The notes beneath the pieces are model-generated. The model saw nothing but the letters and a program-made list of their open reading frames with translations. It was not told where the DNA came from and made no database searches. Below are positions 19,205-28,398 of a DNA stretch of 60,460 bases, piece after piece; within the stretch, counting starts at the first letter, position 1; each line of letters begins with the position of its first letter. A program made the translations under genes and the position numbers. Origin of the DNA: Galactobacter sp. (GTDB lineage: Bacteria > Actinomycetota > Actinomycetes > Actinomycetales > Micrococcaceae); the NCBI RefSeq assembly GCF_022712295.1, contig NZ_JALAGT010000111.1:1-60460 (forward strand), given 5' to 3'.

Positions 19205-19309
19205 GGCGTGACCCCCTTTATCGCTCGACATCGGGGGAGGTCCACCGTTCACACGGCGAAGGCCCCGATGGATGTGTCCATTTGTTCCGTGCTGCAAGCC
19301 TACACGTTC

Positions 19310-19348
19310 GGATGCGCGGGAACGCATGTACAGCGTTCCCGCACATCC
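19310..19348 (-). terminator. clpB terminator hairpin
   Basis: GGATGCGCGGGAACGC/GCGTTCCCGCACATCC just downstream of the clpB stop. Confidence 0.75.
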
Positions 19349-19362
19349 TTATGCGTCATACA

Positions 19363-21975
19363 TCACGCCACGATCTCGGCTTCCTCAGCGCTTCCACGCC
19401 GAACCACAAGGCCCTTGGCCTGCTCTGCATCGACGTCGACCACGACGTCGTCGCCGTCCACGATCTCACCGGCCAGGAGCTGGCGGGCCAGCTTGTCGCC
19501 GATCTCGCGCTGCATCAGGCGACGCAGCGGGCGGGCACCGAAGGCGGGGTCGTACCCGGTCAGCGCCAGCCACTCACGGGCGCCGTCCGTGACGGTCAGC
19601 TTCAAGCGACGATCGGCCAGCCGGGACTGCATGGAGTCCACCTGCAGGTCCACGATGTGGCCCAGGGCCTCGAGGGATAGCGGGTCGAACATGATGACGT
19701 CGTCCAGGCGGTTCAGGAACTCCGGCTTGAAGGAGGCGTTCACCACGCCCATGACCGCATGGCGTTTGGCCTCATCCGTCAGTTCCGGATCCACCAGGAA
19801 CTGCGAACCAAGGTTGGAGGTCAGCACCAGGATCACGTTGCGGAAGTCCACGGTGCGTCCCTGGCCGTCCGTCAGGCGGCCGTCGTCCAAGACCTGCAGC
19901 AGGATGTCGAAGACCTCAGGGTGAGCCTTTTCGACCTCGTCGAGCAGCACCACGGAGTACGGGCGACGCCGCACGGCCTCGGTCAGCTGACCGCCCTCGT
20001 CGTAGCCCACGTATCCGGGAGGCGCACCGACCAGACGGGAGACCGAGTGCTTCTCGGAGTACTCGCTCATGTCGATGCGCACCATGGCGCGCGGGTCGTC
20101 GAACAGGAAGTCCGCCAGCGACTTGGCCAACTCGGTCTTGCCGACGCCGGTGGGACCGAGGAACAGGAAGGAACCGGTGGGGCGCTCCGGGTCGGAGAGA
20201 CCCGCGCGGGAACGACGAACGGCGTCGGACACCGCCGCGACGGCGGCCTTCTGGCCGATCAGGTGCTCACCGAGGTGTTCCTCCATCGTAAGCAGCTTCT
20301 GGCTCTCACCTTGCAGCATGCGTCCGGCCGGGATGCCGGTCCAGGCGGAGATGACCTCGGCGATGTCGTCGGCGGTGACCTCCTCGGAGACCATGCGGTC
20401 TGCCTGTTCCTGCTTCTGGTCGGATTCAGCGGCTGCCAGTTGCTGTTCAAGCTGAGGGATCTCGCCGTAGAGGATGCGGGAGGCCTCGCCCAGGTCGCCC
20501 TGGCGCTGGGCCACCTCCGCTTGGGAACGCAGGTCGTCCAACTTGGCGCGCAGGTCACCTGCGGAGTTCAGCGTGGCCTTCTCGGCCTCCCAACGGGCAT
20601 TGAGCGCGGCGAGCTTCTCCTTCTCGTCTGCCATCTCTGCCTGGAGGGCCTCGAGGCGCTCCACCGAAGCCGGGTCGGTCTCGTCCTTGAGCGCCAGTTC
20701 CTCCATGGTCATGCGGTCCACACTGCGGCGCAGCACGTCGATCTCCTCCGGAGCGGAGTCGATCTCCATGCGCAGACGGGACGCTGCCTCGTCCACGAGG
20801 TCAATGGCCTTGTCCGGCAACTGGCGTCCGGAGATGTAGCGATCGGAGAGGGCTGCGGCGGCCACCAGGGCGGAGTCGGAGATGCCGACCTTGTGGTGGG
20901 CCTCGTAGCGTTCCTTCAGGCCACGCAGGATGGCGATGGAGTCGTCCACGGAGGGCTCACCGACGTAGACCTGCTGGAAGCGGCGCTCCAAGGCTGGGTC
21001 CTTCTCGATGTTCTCGCGGTACTCGTCCAGGGTCGTCGCGCCGATCAGCCGCAACTCTCCTCGGGCCAGCATGGGCTTGAGCATGTTGCCGGCGTCCATG
21101 GAGCCTTCAGACGCGCCTGCGCCGACCACGGTGTGGATCTCGTCGATGAAGGTGACCACCTGCCCGTCGGAGTTCTTGATCTCCTCCAGAACGGCCTTGA
21201 GGCGTTCCTCGAACTCGCCGCGGTACTTGGCGCCGGCCACCATGGACCCCAGATCAAGGGAGATCAGGCGCTTGCCACGCAAGGACTCGGGGACGTCGCC
21301 GGCCACCATGCGCTGGGCCAGGCCCTCCACGACGGCGGTCTTGCCCACACCGGGTTCGCCGATCAGAACGGGGTTGTTCTTGGTGCGGCGGGAGAGCACC
21401 TGCACCACGCGACGGATCTCCTGGTCACGGCCGATCACCGGGTCCAGGTCACCCGATCCTGCGATCTCGGTCAGGTCCGTGCCGTACTTTTCCAGGGCCT
21501 GGAAGGTTCCTTCAGGGTCAGCGTTGTCCACCTTGCGTTCGCCACGCACCGTGGTGAGGGCTGCGGTCAGGGCCTCCACGGTGGCGTCGGCCTCGCGCAG
21601 GGCCTCCCCCGCACGAGTCTGGTCGGCGGCCAGGCCGATCAGCAAATGCTCGGTGGACACGTAGGAGTCGCCATTGCGCTCCGCAGCCTGCTGGGCCGCG
21701 GAGACCACCTGAAGGGTCTGGCGGGAGAACTGCGCCTGAGCCACGGAGGATCCGGAGCTCTTGGGGAGCGCGTGGATCGCGGCCGACGCCTGTACCGACA
21801 CCGCATCGGGATCGGCGCCTGCGGCCTTGAGCAGGGCCACCGCGACGGATTCGCGCTGGTCCATGAGGGCCTTGAGCAGGTGTGCCGGTTCGATCTGGGG
21901 GTTGCCCGCAGTCGAGGCATTCATGCCTGCCGCGGAGAGCGCCTCCTGGCTCTTGGTGGTGAATTTTGCGTCCAC
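19363..21975 (-). CDS. clpB: ATP-dependent chaperone ClpB
   Basis: Two AAA+ modules (GEPGVGKT and GPTGVGKT) with a long coiled-coil middle domain; 870 aa. Confidence 0.98.
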   Translation of the reverse strand: MDAKFTTKSQEALSAAGMNASTAGNPQIEPAHLLKALMDQRESVAVALLKAAGADPDAVSVQASAAIHALPKSSGSSVAQAQFSRQTLQVVSAAQQAAERNGDSYVSTEHLLIGLAADQTRAGEALREADATVEALTAALTTVRGERKVDNADPEGTFQALEKYGTDLTEIAGSGDLDPVIGRDQEIRRVVQVLSRRTKNNPVLIGEPGVGKTAVVEGLAQRMVAGDVPESLRGKRLISLDLGSMVAGAKYRGEFEERLKAVLEEIKNSDGQVVTFIDEIHTVVGAGASEGSMDAGNMLKPMLARGELRLIGATTLDEYRENIEKDPALERRFQQVYVGEPSVDDSIAILRGLKERYEAHHKVGISDSALVAAAALSDRYISGRQLPDKAIDLVDEAASRLRMEIDSAPEEIDVLRRSVDRMTMEELALKDETDPASVERLEALQAEMADEKEKLAALNARWEAEKATLNSAGDLRAKLDDLRSQAEVAQRQGDLGEASRILYGEIPQLEQQLAAAESDQKQEQADRMVSEEVTADDIAEVISAWTGIPAGRMLQGESQKLLTMEEHLGEHLIGQKAAVAAVSDAVRRSRAGLSDPERPTGSFLFLGPTGVGKTELAKSLADFLFDDPRAMVRIDMSEYSEKHSVSRLVGAPPGYVGYDEGGQLTEAVRRRPYSVVLLDEVEKAHPEVFDILLQVLDDGRLTDGQGRTVDFRNVILVLTSNLGSQFLVDPELTDEAKRHAVMGVVNASFKPEFLNRLDDVIMFDPLSLEALGHIVDLQVDSMQSRLADRRLKLTVTDGAREWLALTGYDPAFGARPLRRLMQREIGDKLARQLLAGEIVDGDDVVVDVDAEQAKGLVVRRGSAEEAEIVA

Positions 21976-22065
21976 GTGAGCTCCCTTCTGTTCCGTGCTC
22001 CGGACTGCGTCCGTCGGGCAATGCCCGACGGGTGGTGCCCGCCCTGGCGGCGGGCCTCATCTGAA

Positions 22066-22086
22066 CTTGAGTCTACTCTGCTCAAC
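22066..22086. promoter_or_regulatory. HAIR operator (HspR site) upstream of clpB
   Basis: CTTGAGT-CTACTCT-GCTCAAC versus consensus CTTGAGT-N7-ACTCAAG. Confidence 0.88.
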
Positions 22087-22109
22087 TCTGGTGGCGCATG
22101 GTTTATTCC
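22083..22109 (-). promoter_or_regulatory. SigH/SigR-type promoter for clpB
   Basis: Minus strand GGAAT-N18-GTTG; the -10 element overlaps the HAIR. Confidence 0.75.
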
Positions 22110-22183
22110 ACACCCACTGCCTCATTTCCTGGGCACCAATGTGGGATCTCTGCAGCAGAACCTGCAGGGCGATAATGGTCGCC

Positions 22184-22525
22184 ATGGGTAAGGATCACGT
22201 TCAGATCATCAACTTCCACCCGAAGCACTACACCGCCATAGCTTCAGGACAAAAGGTCTCGACCACACGCTGGAACGAAAGAGTTCGTACTGGCCCGGCA
22301 CTCTTCCACTTCGAGGGAGAACCCAACAACGACCTGCACGGACAAGTCCTTGCCGTCCACTCCCACCCGATAGCCACGCTCACCCCCGAGCAGGCACACC
22401 AGCCACCAGAAACCGACATGGACAACTTCGCTGCACAACTGCGCGAGAACTACTACGCCGACATGCCCGACACCGCCATCGTCGACGTCGTCACGATCTC
22501 CCTGGACCCCCAGCCCCAAGCATGA
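22184..22525 (+). CDS. ASCH domain protein
   Basis: INFHPKHYTAIASGQKVSTTR (GxKxxTxR motif) and LRENYY...VDVV. GATAAT lies 7 nt before the ATG. Confidence 0.75.
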   Translation: MGKDHVQIINFHPKHYTAIASGQKVSTTRWNERVRTGPALFHFEGEPNNDLHGQVLAVHSHPIATLTPEQAHQPPETDMDNFAAQLRENYYADMPDTAIVDVVTISLDPQPQA

Positions 22526-22606
22526 GGGAGCGGCGGAGGCCAACATGGGTGGGATCGGCACGCTGTTCGGAAGTTGCTCTGAACGTGCTTCTTGGTGGCG
22601 TCACGC

Positions 22607-22906
22607 TCACGTGTCCGCCTGGCCGGGGTCTTCCTTCTCGGAGGCGTCGGCCGCGGCTTTGCTCCTCTCGGCTCCGAGTCTGGAGACGATCGTGTCGATG
22701 GTGTACTGATGTTGAGCTGCCGCCACGAGCATGACTATCCCGAGGATGGTCAGCGCGCTTCCTGCGGTCGCCGGAATCCAGGCAACATCCCGTCCGACAG
22801 TGCGTTCCGAAGTGACGACGTCGATGATGTAGATCGCCCAGACGGAAAAGATCACACATCCAATGGCCGTGAACACTCGCCCGGCGGTGCGCATGGGGGA
22901 TCGCAA
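22607..22906 (-). CDS. Small hypothetical membrane protein with two TM helices
   Basis: Two clear hydrophobic helices and a charged tail. Start is uncertain (TTG 22906 or ATG 22894). Confidence 0.55.
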   Translation of the reverse strand: MRSPMRTAGRVFTAIGCVIFSVWAIYIIDVVTSERTVGRDVAWIPATAGSALTILGIVMLVAAAQHQYTIDTIVSRLGAERSKAAADASEKEDPGQADT

Positions 22907-22961
22907 AGAATCTGGTTTCGTCGTGGTTTTCCTCCCGCACGGTAAGCACTCCCGCGAGACC

Positions 22962-23436
22962 CTACCGGTTCCGTGCTCCAGTGGCCTTGTGGCTGGGGTA
23001 GCCGCGGAACGTCAGATACTGGTCAATGGAGCCCGGCAGGGGCAACGACCATGGCGATGCCTGCGCCCCCAGATGCCATCCACGTTGCGGGTCGATCGCC
23101 CAAAGCGTCTGCACCTCACTGACGGCTCGCTCGGCCAGCCACACACCGCGACTGCGAAGCCCCTTCGGCACCTCGTGAAACAGCGGCAGGCGAGCATCGG
23201 TGCCCGGTTCGAGGTAGTCACCCGGCTCGGGATCCTGACCCCAATCGATGTTCACCCCTGACGCGTAGACGTCGCGTCGAAGCACATTGCCTTCCGGCAC
23301 GAGAGCCTGGGAGAGGCCCACCGTATGCAGCTTGTCGGGCGAGAGCGCGTCGCCCTCACCGATACCGCCCCATTCGCGCCAGGCGCTGTCGGGGGGGATC
23401 GATTCCGAGTTCTGCGTACAGTTCGACTGCGCACAT
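22962..23436 (-). pseudogene. Orphan gene interrupted by a +1 frameshift in a C7 run
   Basis: ATG 23436 reads MCAVELYAELGIDPP. Removing one base from the G7 run at 23391-23397 joins it to DSAWREWGG... and the 119-aa ORF, giving 157 aa. Confidence 0.5.
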
Positions 23437-23441
23437 CACGA

Positions 23442-24200
23442 TCAGTCCGCGATCAGGCTCAGGTAGGCCATACCCAGAACACCTCGGTACCCGTTCATGT
23501 ACCGATCGCGCTGATCCTGCAGCTGCCTGTGTACCTCCTGCTGATCCTCGTGATCGGCAGGATGTGCGTGGATCCAATGTTCAAAGCCGGCCCTGAAACC
23601 CGCTTCGAAGGCATCCCATTCTCCTTGGGTTGCCACTTCAACGTTAGCCACGCTGAAACCGTGTTGCCGTGCCAGAGCGACGACGCTGTCCACCGCAAGG
23701 TATTCGTCCGGTCGCCCACCCAGTGCCGACATGGCCGCAGCTGTAGGCGGAACCGACCACACCGCCTCGCCGTAGACGAGACGCCCACCGGCGGGCAGCA
23801 GCTGCCGGAGGGCGACAAGCGCGGCGGTGTAATCGAGTGGCTGTTCCTCGTCTACCTGTGGCCCCCAGATCTGAGACGCGCCGATGCACACCACTGCATC
23901 GAAGGAACCCGTGAAGGTGCGTGCGTCACGTGCGTCGAACGACGCCCAGTCTGCCAGGCCCCGTTCGACAGCGCGTCTCCGCGCGTCCTCGAGGTGCTGA
24001 GACTCCAGATCCACTCCGAGTCCCCGGGCTTCCGGGACTGCGGCCAGTGACCGCAGCAACAGCTCACCCCAGTCGCACCCGATGTCCAGCACAGTGTCAG
24101 GGTGGGCGTCTGCGATGAATCCGACCAGGGATGCTGCACGCTCGTCCGAGAGCGGCGAGAGGAAGGTCAGGTCGTCGTAAAGGGGTGGCAGGTCAACCAT
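23442..24200 (-). CDS. Class I SAM-dependent methyltransferase
   Basis: VLDIGCDWGE, GVDL, FDAVVCIGAS and LLPAGGRLV. Confidence 0.85.
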   Translation of the reverse strand: MVDLPPLYDDLTFLSPLSDERAASLVGFIADAHPDTVLDIGCDWGELLLRSLAAVPEARGLGVDLESQHLEDARRRAVERGLADWASFDARDARTFTGSFDAVVCIGASQIWGPQVDEEQPLDYTAALVALRQLLPAGGRLVYGEAVWSVPPTAAAMSALGGRPDEYLAVDSVVALARQHGFSVANVEVATQGEWDAFEAGFRAGFEHWIHAHPADHEDQQEVHRQLQDQRDRYMNGYRGVLGMAYLSLIAD

Positions 24201-24240
24201 GGCCTAGACAGTACGGCGCACCGGAAATGGAGTCGACCCT

Positions 24241-25797
24241 TCATCCGGTTCGAGGAAACACTCCAGGTGGGTTATCGCTGTTCTTCGCCAACGTTCCAGG
24301 GGTCTCCTGGGGCAGGCCGGGTGGTGCCCCGGACCGGATTCGGGTGTGTTCTTTGGCCTGGTTGCAGGCGGTGCAGAGTCCTTGGCCGTTGGTTGCGGTG
24401 GTTGCTCCACCTGCCGAGTGAGGTTTGATGTGGTCGATCTGCCTGATCGGCGCCCCGCAATACGGTGTCCTACAAACCTGGTCGCGGGCGCGGATGAATC
24501 TGGCCAGGCCCTTGGGGAAGAACCGGGATCTGGACTCCATCTGCGTCAGCGTCCCATCCTTCGGGTCGCTCCAGAGCCTGCGGAGGGTGGCCCGGTCCTG
24601 GGCCGCCGCGTCGCGAATGATCTGCCGGGCCAATCCGGCAGGGACGGCACCGTAGCCGTCCACGTGGGCCGGGGTATCGCTGAAACCCAGCAGGCCCAGG
24701 TCGGTGATGGTGATCAGCACTTCCACGCTGGGCCCGTGCTGGCACGTGGCATCGTCCCCGGTATCACGCGACGTGGTTCCTGGAGCACTGGCATCAACGT
24801 CAGACTGTTCAACTCCAGCGCCACCGTCGGTGAACGAACCGCTGCCGGTGCCACTGCCAGCGGCGAAGCCAGTTATCGCATCCGCGTCAGGGGTACTGCC
24901 GGGCTCATGGCTGTCGGTTTCGGTGCCTCTGGCAGTGGCGTTGCCGCTGCCTCCTGCGGGGCCAGCCAGGCCGCAGTTCCAGCGGGTGTCGTTCTGGTCG
25001 GCCTGGGCCGCCCCGTCGCGGACCCAGGCCACCAGTAGGGCGGCCTTGATCTGCCCCAGACTGCGGGTATCGCCGTGGGCCTTGAGCTTCTGCGCGTGCC
25101 GGGTCAGAGCCACTTCGATCGCGACCCCGTCCTTGAGGGGCAGGAGGGCGGAGAGTCTGGTCATGCAATCCGGGGCCGGTCTCACACTGACGTGGGCGTG
25201 TCTGGCCGCGCGTTCGGCCCGCTCCACCATGGTCGCCGCATCCAACTCCGCCGCACGCTTGAACGCGGCCGCCTTCGCCGCCCCCACCGTCAGGTCGGGC
25301 AGTTGATGCGCGAGGTCGTGATCCATGCGGGCCTGATCCTCCGGTTCCAACACGACGGCCTCGCGGAGAACGGCTGTGAGGTGGTCTTCTGTGGCCTCAC
25401 CCCTGCGGACCTGGTCCACGCACTCGGGGAGGGCGTCGGTGGCGGTGCGCGCCAGTCCCACGCGTTTGCGGGAGGCGTTCGGGGTCATGTGCCAGGCCGG
25501 GGAAAGGTCCTGCCCCGTCACCCGCCGAGCCTGCTCGGCCAAACGCTGCCCGGTCAGCGGCGCCCTCCACCCTGCCGGATCAACAGCGGCCAGATCCTCG
25601 GTCACCAAATCCCGGTACCGATTAGCCAAATCAAGGTTCAGCGCCTCCAGCATGTTGTGCACCCGAGTCACCCGCGCGGCGGCATCGTAGAGCCCGGCAC
25701 GGGTGAAGGAGGCATCACTGTTCAGAAGGTCGGCGACCTCCCGCAACACCTGCAAACTGTCCACCGCCAGGGCGATGGAACCGCTACCCGTTTCCAT
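24241..25797 (-). CDS. DUF222 plus HNH endonuclease (13E12-repeat-like family)
   Basis: RHVSVRPAPDCM-like segment, IRARDQVCRTPYC, DHIKPH...GGAT...NGQGLCTACNQAK. Confidence 0.88.
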   Translation of the reverse strand: METGSGSIALAVDSLQVLREVADLLNSDASFTRAGLYDAAARVTRVHNMLEALNLDLANRYRDLVTEDLAAVDPAGWRAPLTGQRLAEQARRVTGQDLSPAWHMTPNASRKRVGLARTATDALPECVDQVRRGEATEDHLTAVLREAVVLEPEDQARMDHDLAHQLPDLTVGAAKAAAFKRAAELDAATMVERAERAARHAHVSVRPAPDCMTRLSALLPLKDGVAIEVALTRHAQKLKAHGDTRSLGQIKAALLVAWVRDGAAQADQNDTRWNCGLAGPAGGSGNATARGTETDSHEPGSTPDADAITGFAAGSGTGSGSFTDGGAGVEQSDVDASAPGTTSRDTGDDATCQHGPSVEVLITITDLGLLGFSDTPAHVDGYGAVPAGLARQIIRDAAAQDRATLRRLWSDPKDGTLTQMESRSRFFPKGLARFIRARDQVCRTPYCGAPIRQIDHIKPHSAGGATTATNGQGLCTACNQAKEHTRIRSGAPPGLPQETPGTLAKNSDNPPGVFPRTG

Positions 25798-25803
25798 GAA
25801 CCA

Positions 25804-25826
25804 AGTGTCCCGGGGACCCCTGACAA
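25804..25826 (-). promoter_or_regulatory. Putative PafBC (RecA-NDp)-type promoter for the HNH gene
   Basis: TTGTCAG-N10-GACACT-N6-ATG on the minus strand, versus TGTCGG-N10-TANNNT. Confidence 0.55.
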
Positions 25827-25967
25827 ATTGATCGCGGTCAACTCCTCAGCCCCCGTCGCGGCAGAACGCCAACGTGCCTGCGGAAGAGCTGGACACACCT
25901 CGTCGGGCACAATGCGGGGCCGGTGCCGGTCGACAAACTCGCCGTCGTCTCCGTGGAATAGCCGACC

Positions 25968-26717
25968 TCAGTCCTGCGGCGCAGCGAGCTTCGCCAGCTG
26001 CGCGTCCGCGATCTGCTGAGCCACTTCCGCGTCCACGTCCGTGGTCTCCACGAGCACGTGGTTGGCACCCCAGTCCCCAGCAGCCACGGTGAGCTGCTTG
26101 GAGCCAGTCACCACGGACACGCCACTCAGCCCCCGCTGCGCTGGCGAGATCGAGTCCGGCTCCGCGACCGTCCCGGAGCAGGTGTCAGAGACCAGGCCTA
26201 GACCCTGCGCGGCCTTGGCATCGGCCCGTGTGGTGAAGATCGTGACCTTGACGGTTCCGACCTTCGAAGTCCCCGACGCGTCCTTCGGCACCGTCGCAGA
26301 GGCCTCCGCGCCGGACAGCACGGACACTCGCTGCTTCGTGGTGCTGCGGATGGCCGTGGAGCACTCTGAAGGCACACCGGATACTTCGGTCAAGATGCGC
26401 CCGAGATTCAGCCGCTGCGCCCCGACCCTTTTCTCCCGGTATCCCTGCACACCACCCGGGAACTCCTGCGCGGTCAGCACCTTCTGCTTTGACTGCGCCA
26501 CGGTGAACGCCTTGGTCGGGATCCCCGCACCCTCGTTGACAGCTTGCTGTCCACTGCCCGACGGTGTGGGCTCGGGATCGCTCTCGGAGCCACTGCAGGC
26601 GGTGAGCACCAAGGCGGCCGCGGCCGCCACGGCTGCGGCGCCAAGGCGGACGGACCGCGGGCCGGGCACACGTCGTCGGGCATTGGTGGTCTTGTTCCCA
26701 GTCACTTCGCGGCCCAT
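25968..26717 (-). CDS. Putative lipoprotein of unknown function
   Basis: Basic N-terminus, Ala-rich helix, lipobox LTAC and two further Cys residues. Confidence 0.75.
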   Translation of the reverse strand: MGREVTGNKTTNARRRVPGPRSVRLGAAAVAAAAALVLTACSGSESDPEPTPSGSGQQAVNEGAGIPTKAFTVAQSKQKVLTAQEFPGGVQGYREKRVGAQRLNLGRILTEVSGVPSECSTAIRSTTKQRVSVLSGAEASATVPKDASGTSKVGTVKVTIFTTRADAKAAQGLGLVSDTCSGTVAEPDSISPAQRGLSGVSVVTGSKQLTVAAGDWGANHVLVETTDVDAEVAQQIADAQLAKLAAPQD

Positions 26718-26793
26718 TCCTTAGCGTTCTGCGTCCACTTTCATCCTGCCCTCCCGCTGGGCGCTGGTCCAATCCCCGGTATCCTTGGGAGGC

Positions 26794-27666
26794 GTGACCG
26801 ATCAGCCCGAATCCGCCCAGAACCACCGCCGCCAGCCCATCCAGGGACGCGCCGCCACCGACCCGAGTTTCCACCGGGCCGAGCCCGTCAGCTTCGTCCG
26901 CCGCGGCGACCGCATGACCACCGGGCAGCAACGTGCGTGGGATTCCATGAAGGACACCGTCCTGATCGACGTCCCACGCCACCACGCCTCCACTTCGATC
27001 CTGCCCAGCGCCGAGATCGACGTGCCCGGTGCGTTCGACGACCCGTCGGCGCCGTTGACGGTGGAGATCGGCTCCGGTCTCGGAGAGGCGACCGCGTACG
27101 CTGCGGCCCAGCATCCCGAACGGAACTTCCTGGCCGTGGAGGTCTACACGCCCGGTCTGGCCAAGCTCATGGAGGAGATCTCCAACCGTGGCTTGAAGAA
27201 TGTGCGCTGCATGCAGGCCAACGCGCCCGAGGTGCTGGACATCGCCCTTCAGCCCGGCCAGGTGGACGAGCTCTGGGTGTACTTCTCCGACCCGTGGCAC
27301 AAGAAGCGCCACCACAAGCGGCGCCTGATCACGGACGCCTTTGCCGAGCGTGCCGCGCGCGTCCTCCGCCCCGGAGGTGTGTGGCGACTGGCCACCGACT
27401 GGTCCAATTACGCGGAGCAGATGCGTCAGATCATCGCCGACTCCCCCGACTTCGACAACCCGCACGAGGGCGAAATGGCCGGGGAGACGTCCCCGCTGAC
27501 GGACATCCGACGCAAAGACATCGAGAAGCGCGAGGCCGACCCCTCCTTCGTGGACGAGGTGGGCGGCTGGGCACCTCGCTACGACGGGCGGACGTTGACC
27601 AGCTTCGAGGCAAAGGCCGGGCGAGCCGGGCGGAACATCTTCGACCTCACCGCCGTGCGACGCTGA
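26794..27666 (+). CDS. trmB: tRNA (guanine-N7)-methyltransferase
   Basis: VSFVRRG, VEIGSGLG, FSDPWHKKRHHKRRLI, LATDW and TSFEAK. Confidence 0.95.
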   Translation: MTDQPESAQNHRRQPIQGRAATDPSFHRAEPVSFVRRGDRMTTGQQRAWDSMKDTVLIDVPRHHASTSILPSAEIDVPGAFDDPSAPLTVEIGSGLGEATAYAAAQHPERNFLAVEVYTPGLAKLMEEISNRGLKNVRCMQANAPEVLDIALQPGQVDELWVYFSDPWHKKRHHKRRLITDAFAERAARVLRPGGVWRLATDWSNYAEQMRQIIADSPDFDNPHEGEMAGETSPLTDIRRKDIEKREADPSFVDEVGGWAPRYDGRTLTSFEAKAGRAGRNIFDLTAVRR

Positions 27667-27682
27667 CCTAGGCGTCCGGACA

Positions 27683-27824
27683 TGAAGGAGGGCGGGTGCG
27701 GAATCCTAGGACTCGACGCACCCGCCCTCACCGCGTCCAGGGGTGGTGTGAACGGCGCTGGGGGGCTGGCCGTTCAACATGGACGCGTTACGGTGGCCAC
27801 TGATGGGGGGATGTGGCCACCACT
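27683..27824 (-). ncRNA. Candidate 6C-like small RNA with two C6-loop hairpins and a terminator
   Basis: Hairpin 27792-27821 with loop AUCCCCCCAUCA; hairpin 27732-27787 with loop CAGCCCCCCAGC; terminator 27688-27729; upstream TAGGCT (-10) and TTGACG (-35). Confidence 0.7.
27688..27729. terminator. Hairpin shared by trmB and the candidate sRNA/hspR
   Basis: 13-bp stem GAGGGCGGGTGCG/CGCACCCGCCCTC. Confidence 0.8.
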
Positions 27825-27878
27825 TGGGTAGCCTATCGCCTTTTGCTCGGGCAACGTCAAGTTACCCGCGGCACCGAA

Positions 27879-28358
27879 TCAGATTCTCCTGTGTCCCTGC
27901 TGCCTGGAACTCGGCCCCGCAGTGAGTTCGAAGGGCCGCTGCCTGGTGACCTGTTCCCACAGGAAGGCGGCCCGCGCCTGAGCCAAGCGGGCGGACTCCA
28001 CGGACACCTCGCCGGTGGCGCCGGCCGTGAACACCCTGTTCTGACCGTCTGCCTGGGCACGATCGCGCCAGTGGAGAACCGACGCGCGCAGCACCTGGAT
28101 CTCCTCACGCAGGGCCTCTGCCTGAGACTCCAGATCCAGCACCCGCCGGGCACCCTCCAACGAGATACCCTCGTTGGAGAGTTCCTGCACCCGCCGCAAT
28201 CGGGCGATGTCCGCAGCACTGTAGCGACGGTGCTTACCGCCTTGCCGGCGGGGCACCACCAGACCCATACGGTCGTACTGACGCAGGGTCTGAGGGTGCA
28301 TGTGGGCCAGCTTCGCGGCCACGGAGATCACGTAGATCGGGTCATTCCGTTCCATCAT
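27879..28358 (-). CDS. hspR: Heat-shock repressor HspR (MerR family)
   Basis: YVISVAAKLAHMHPQTLRQYDRMGLV; last gene of the dnaK operon. Confidence 0.95.
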   Translation of the reverse strand: MMERNDPIYVISVAAKLAHMHPQTLRQYDRMGLVVPRRQGGKHRRYSAADIARLRRVQELSNEGISLEGARRVLDLESQAEALREEIQVLRASVLHWRDRAQADGQNRVFTAGATGEVSVESARLAQARAAFLWEQVTRQRPFELTAGPSSRQQGHRRI

Positions 28359-28398
28359 GTCTCACCACCTTCCTGCTCAGTTTCCCTCAGGCCGTCCC

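Noticed and set aside
19759..22191. 810-aa ORF antisense to clpB
   Set aside because: In-register antisense shadow of a conserved gene with no recognisable motifs.
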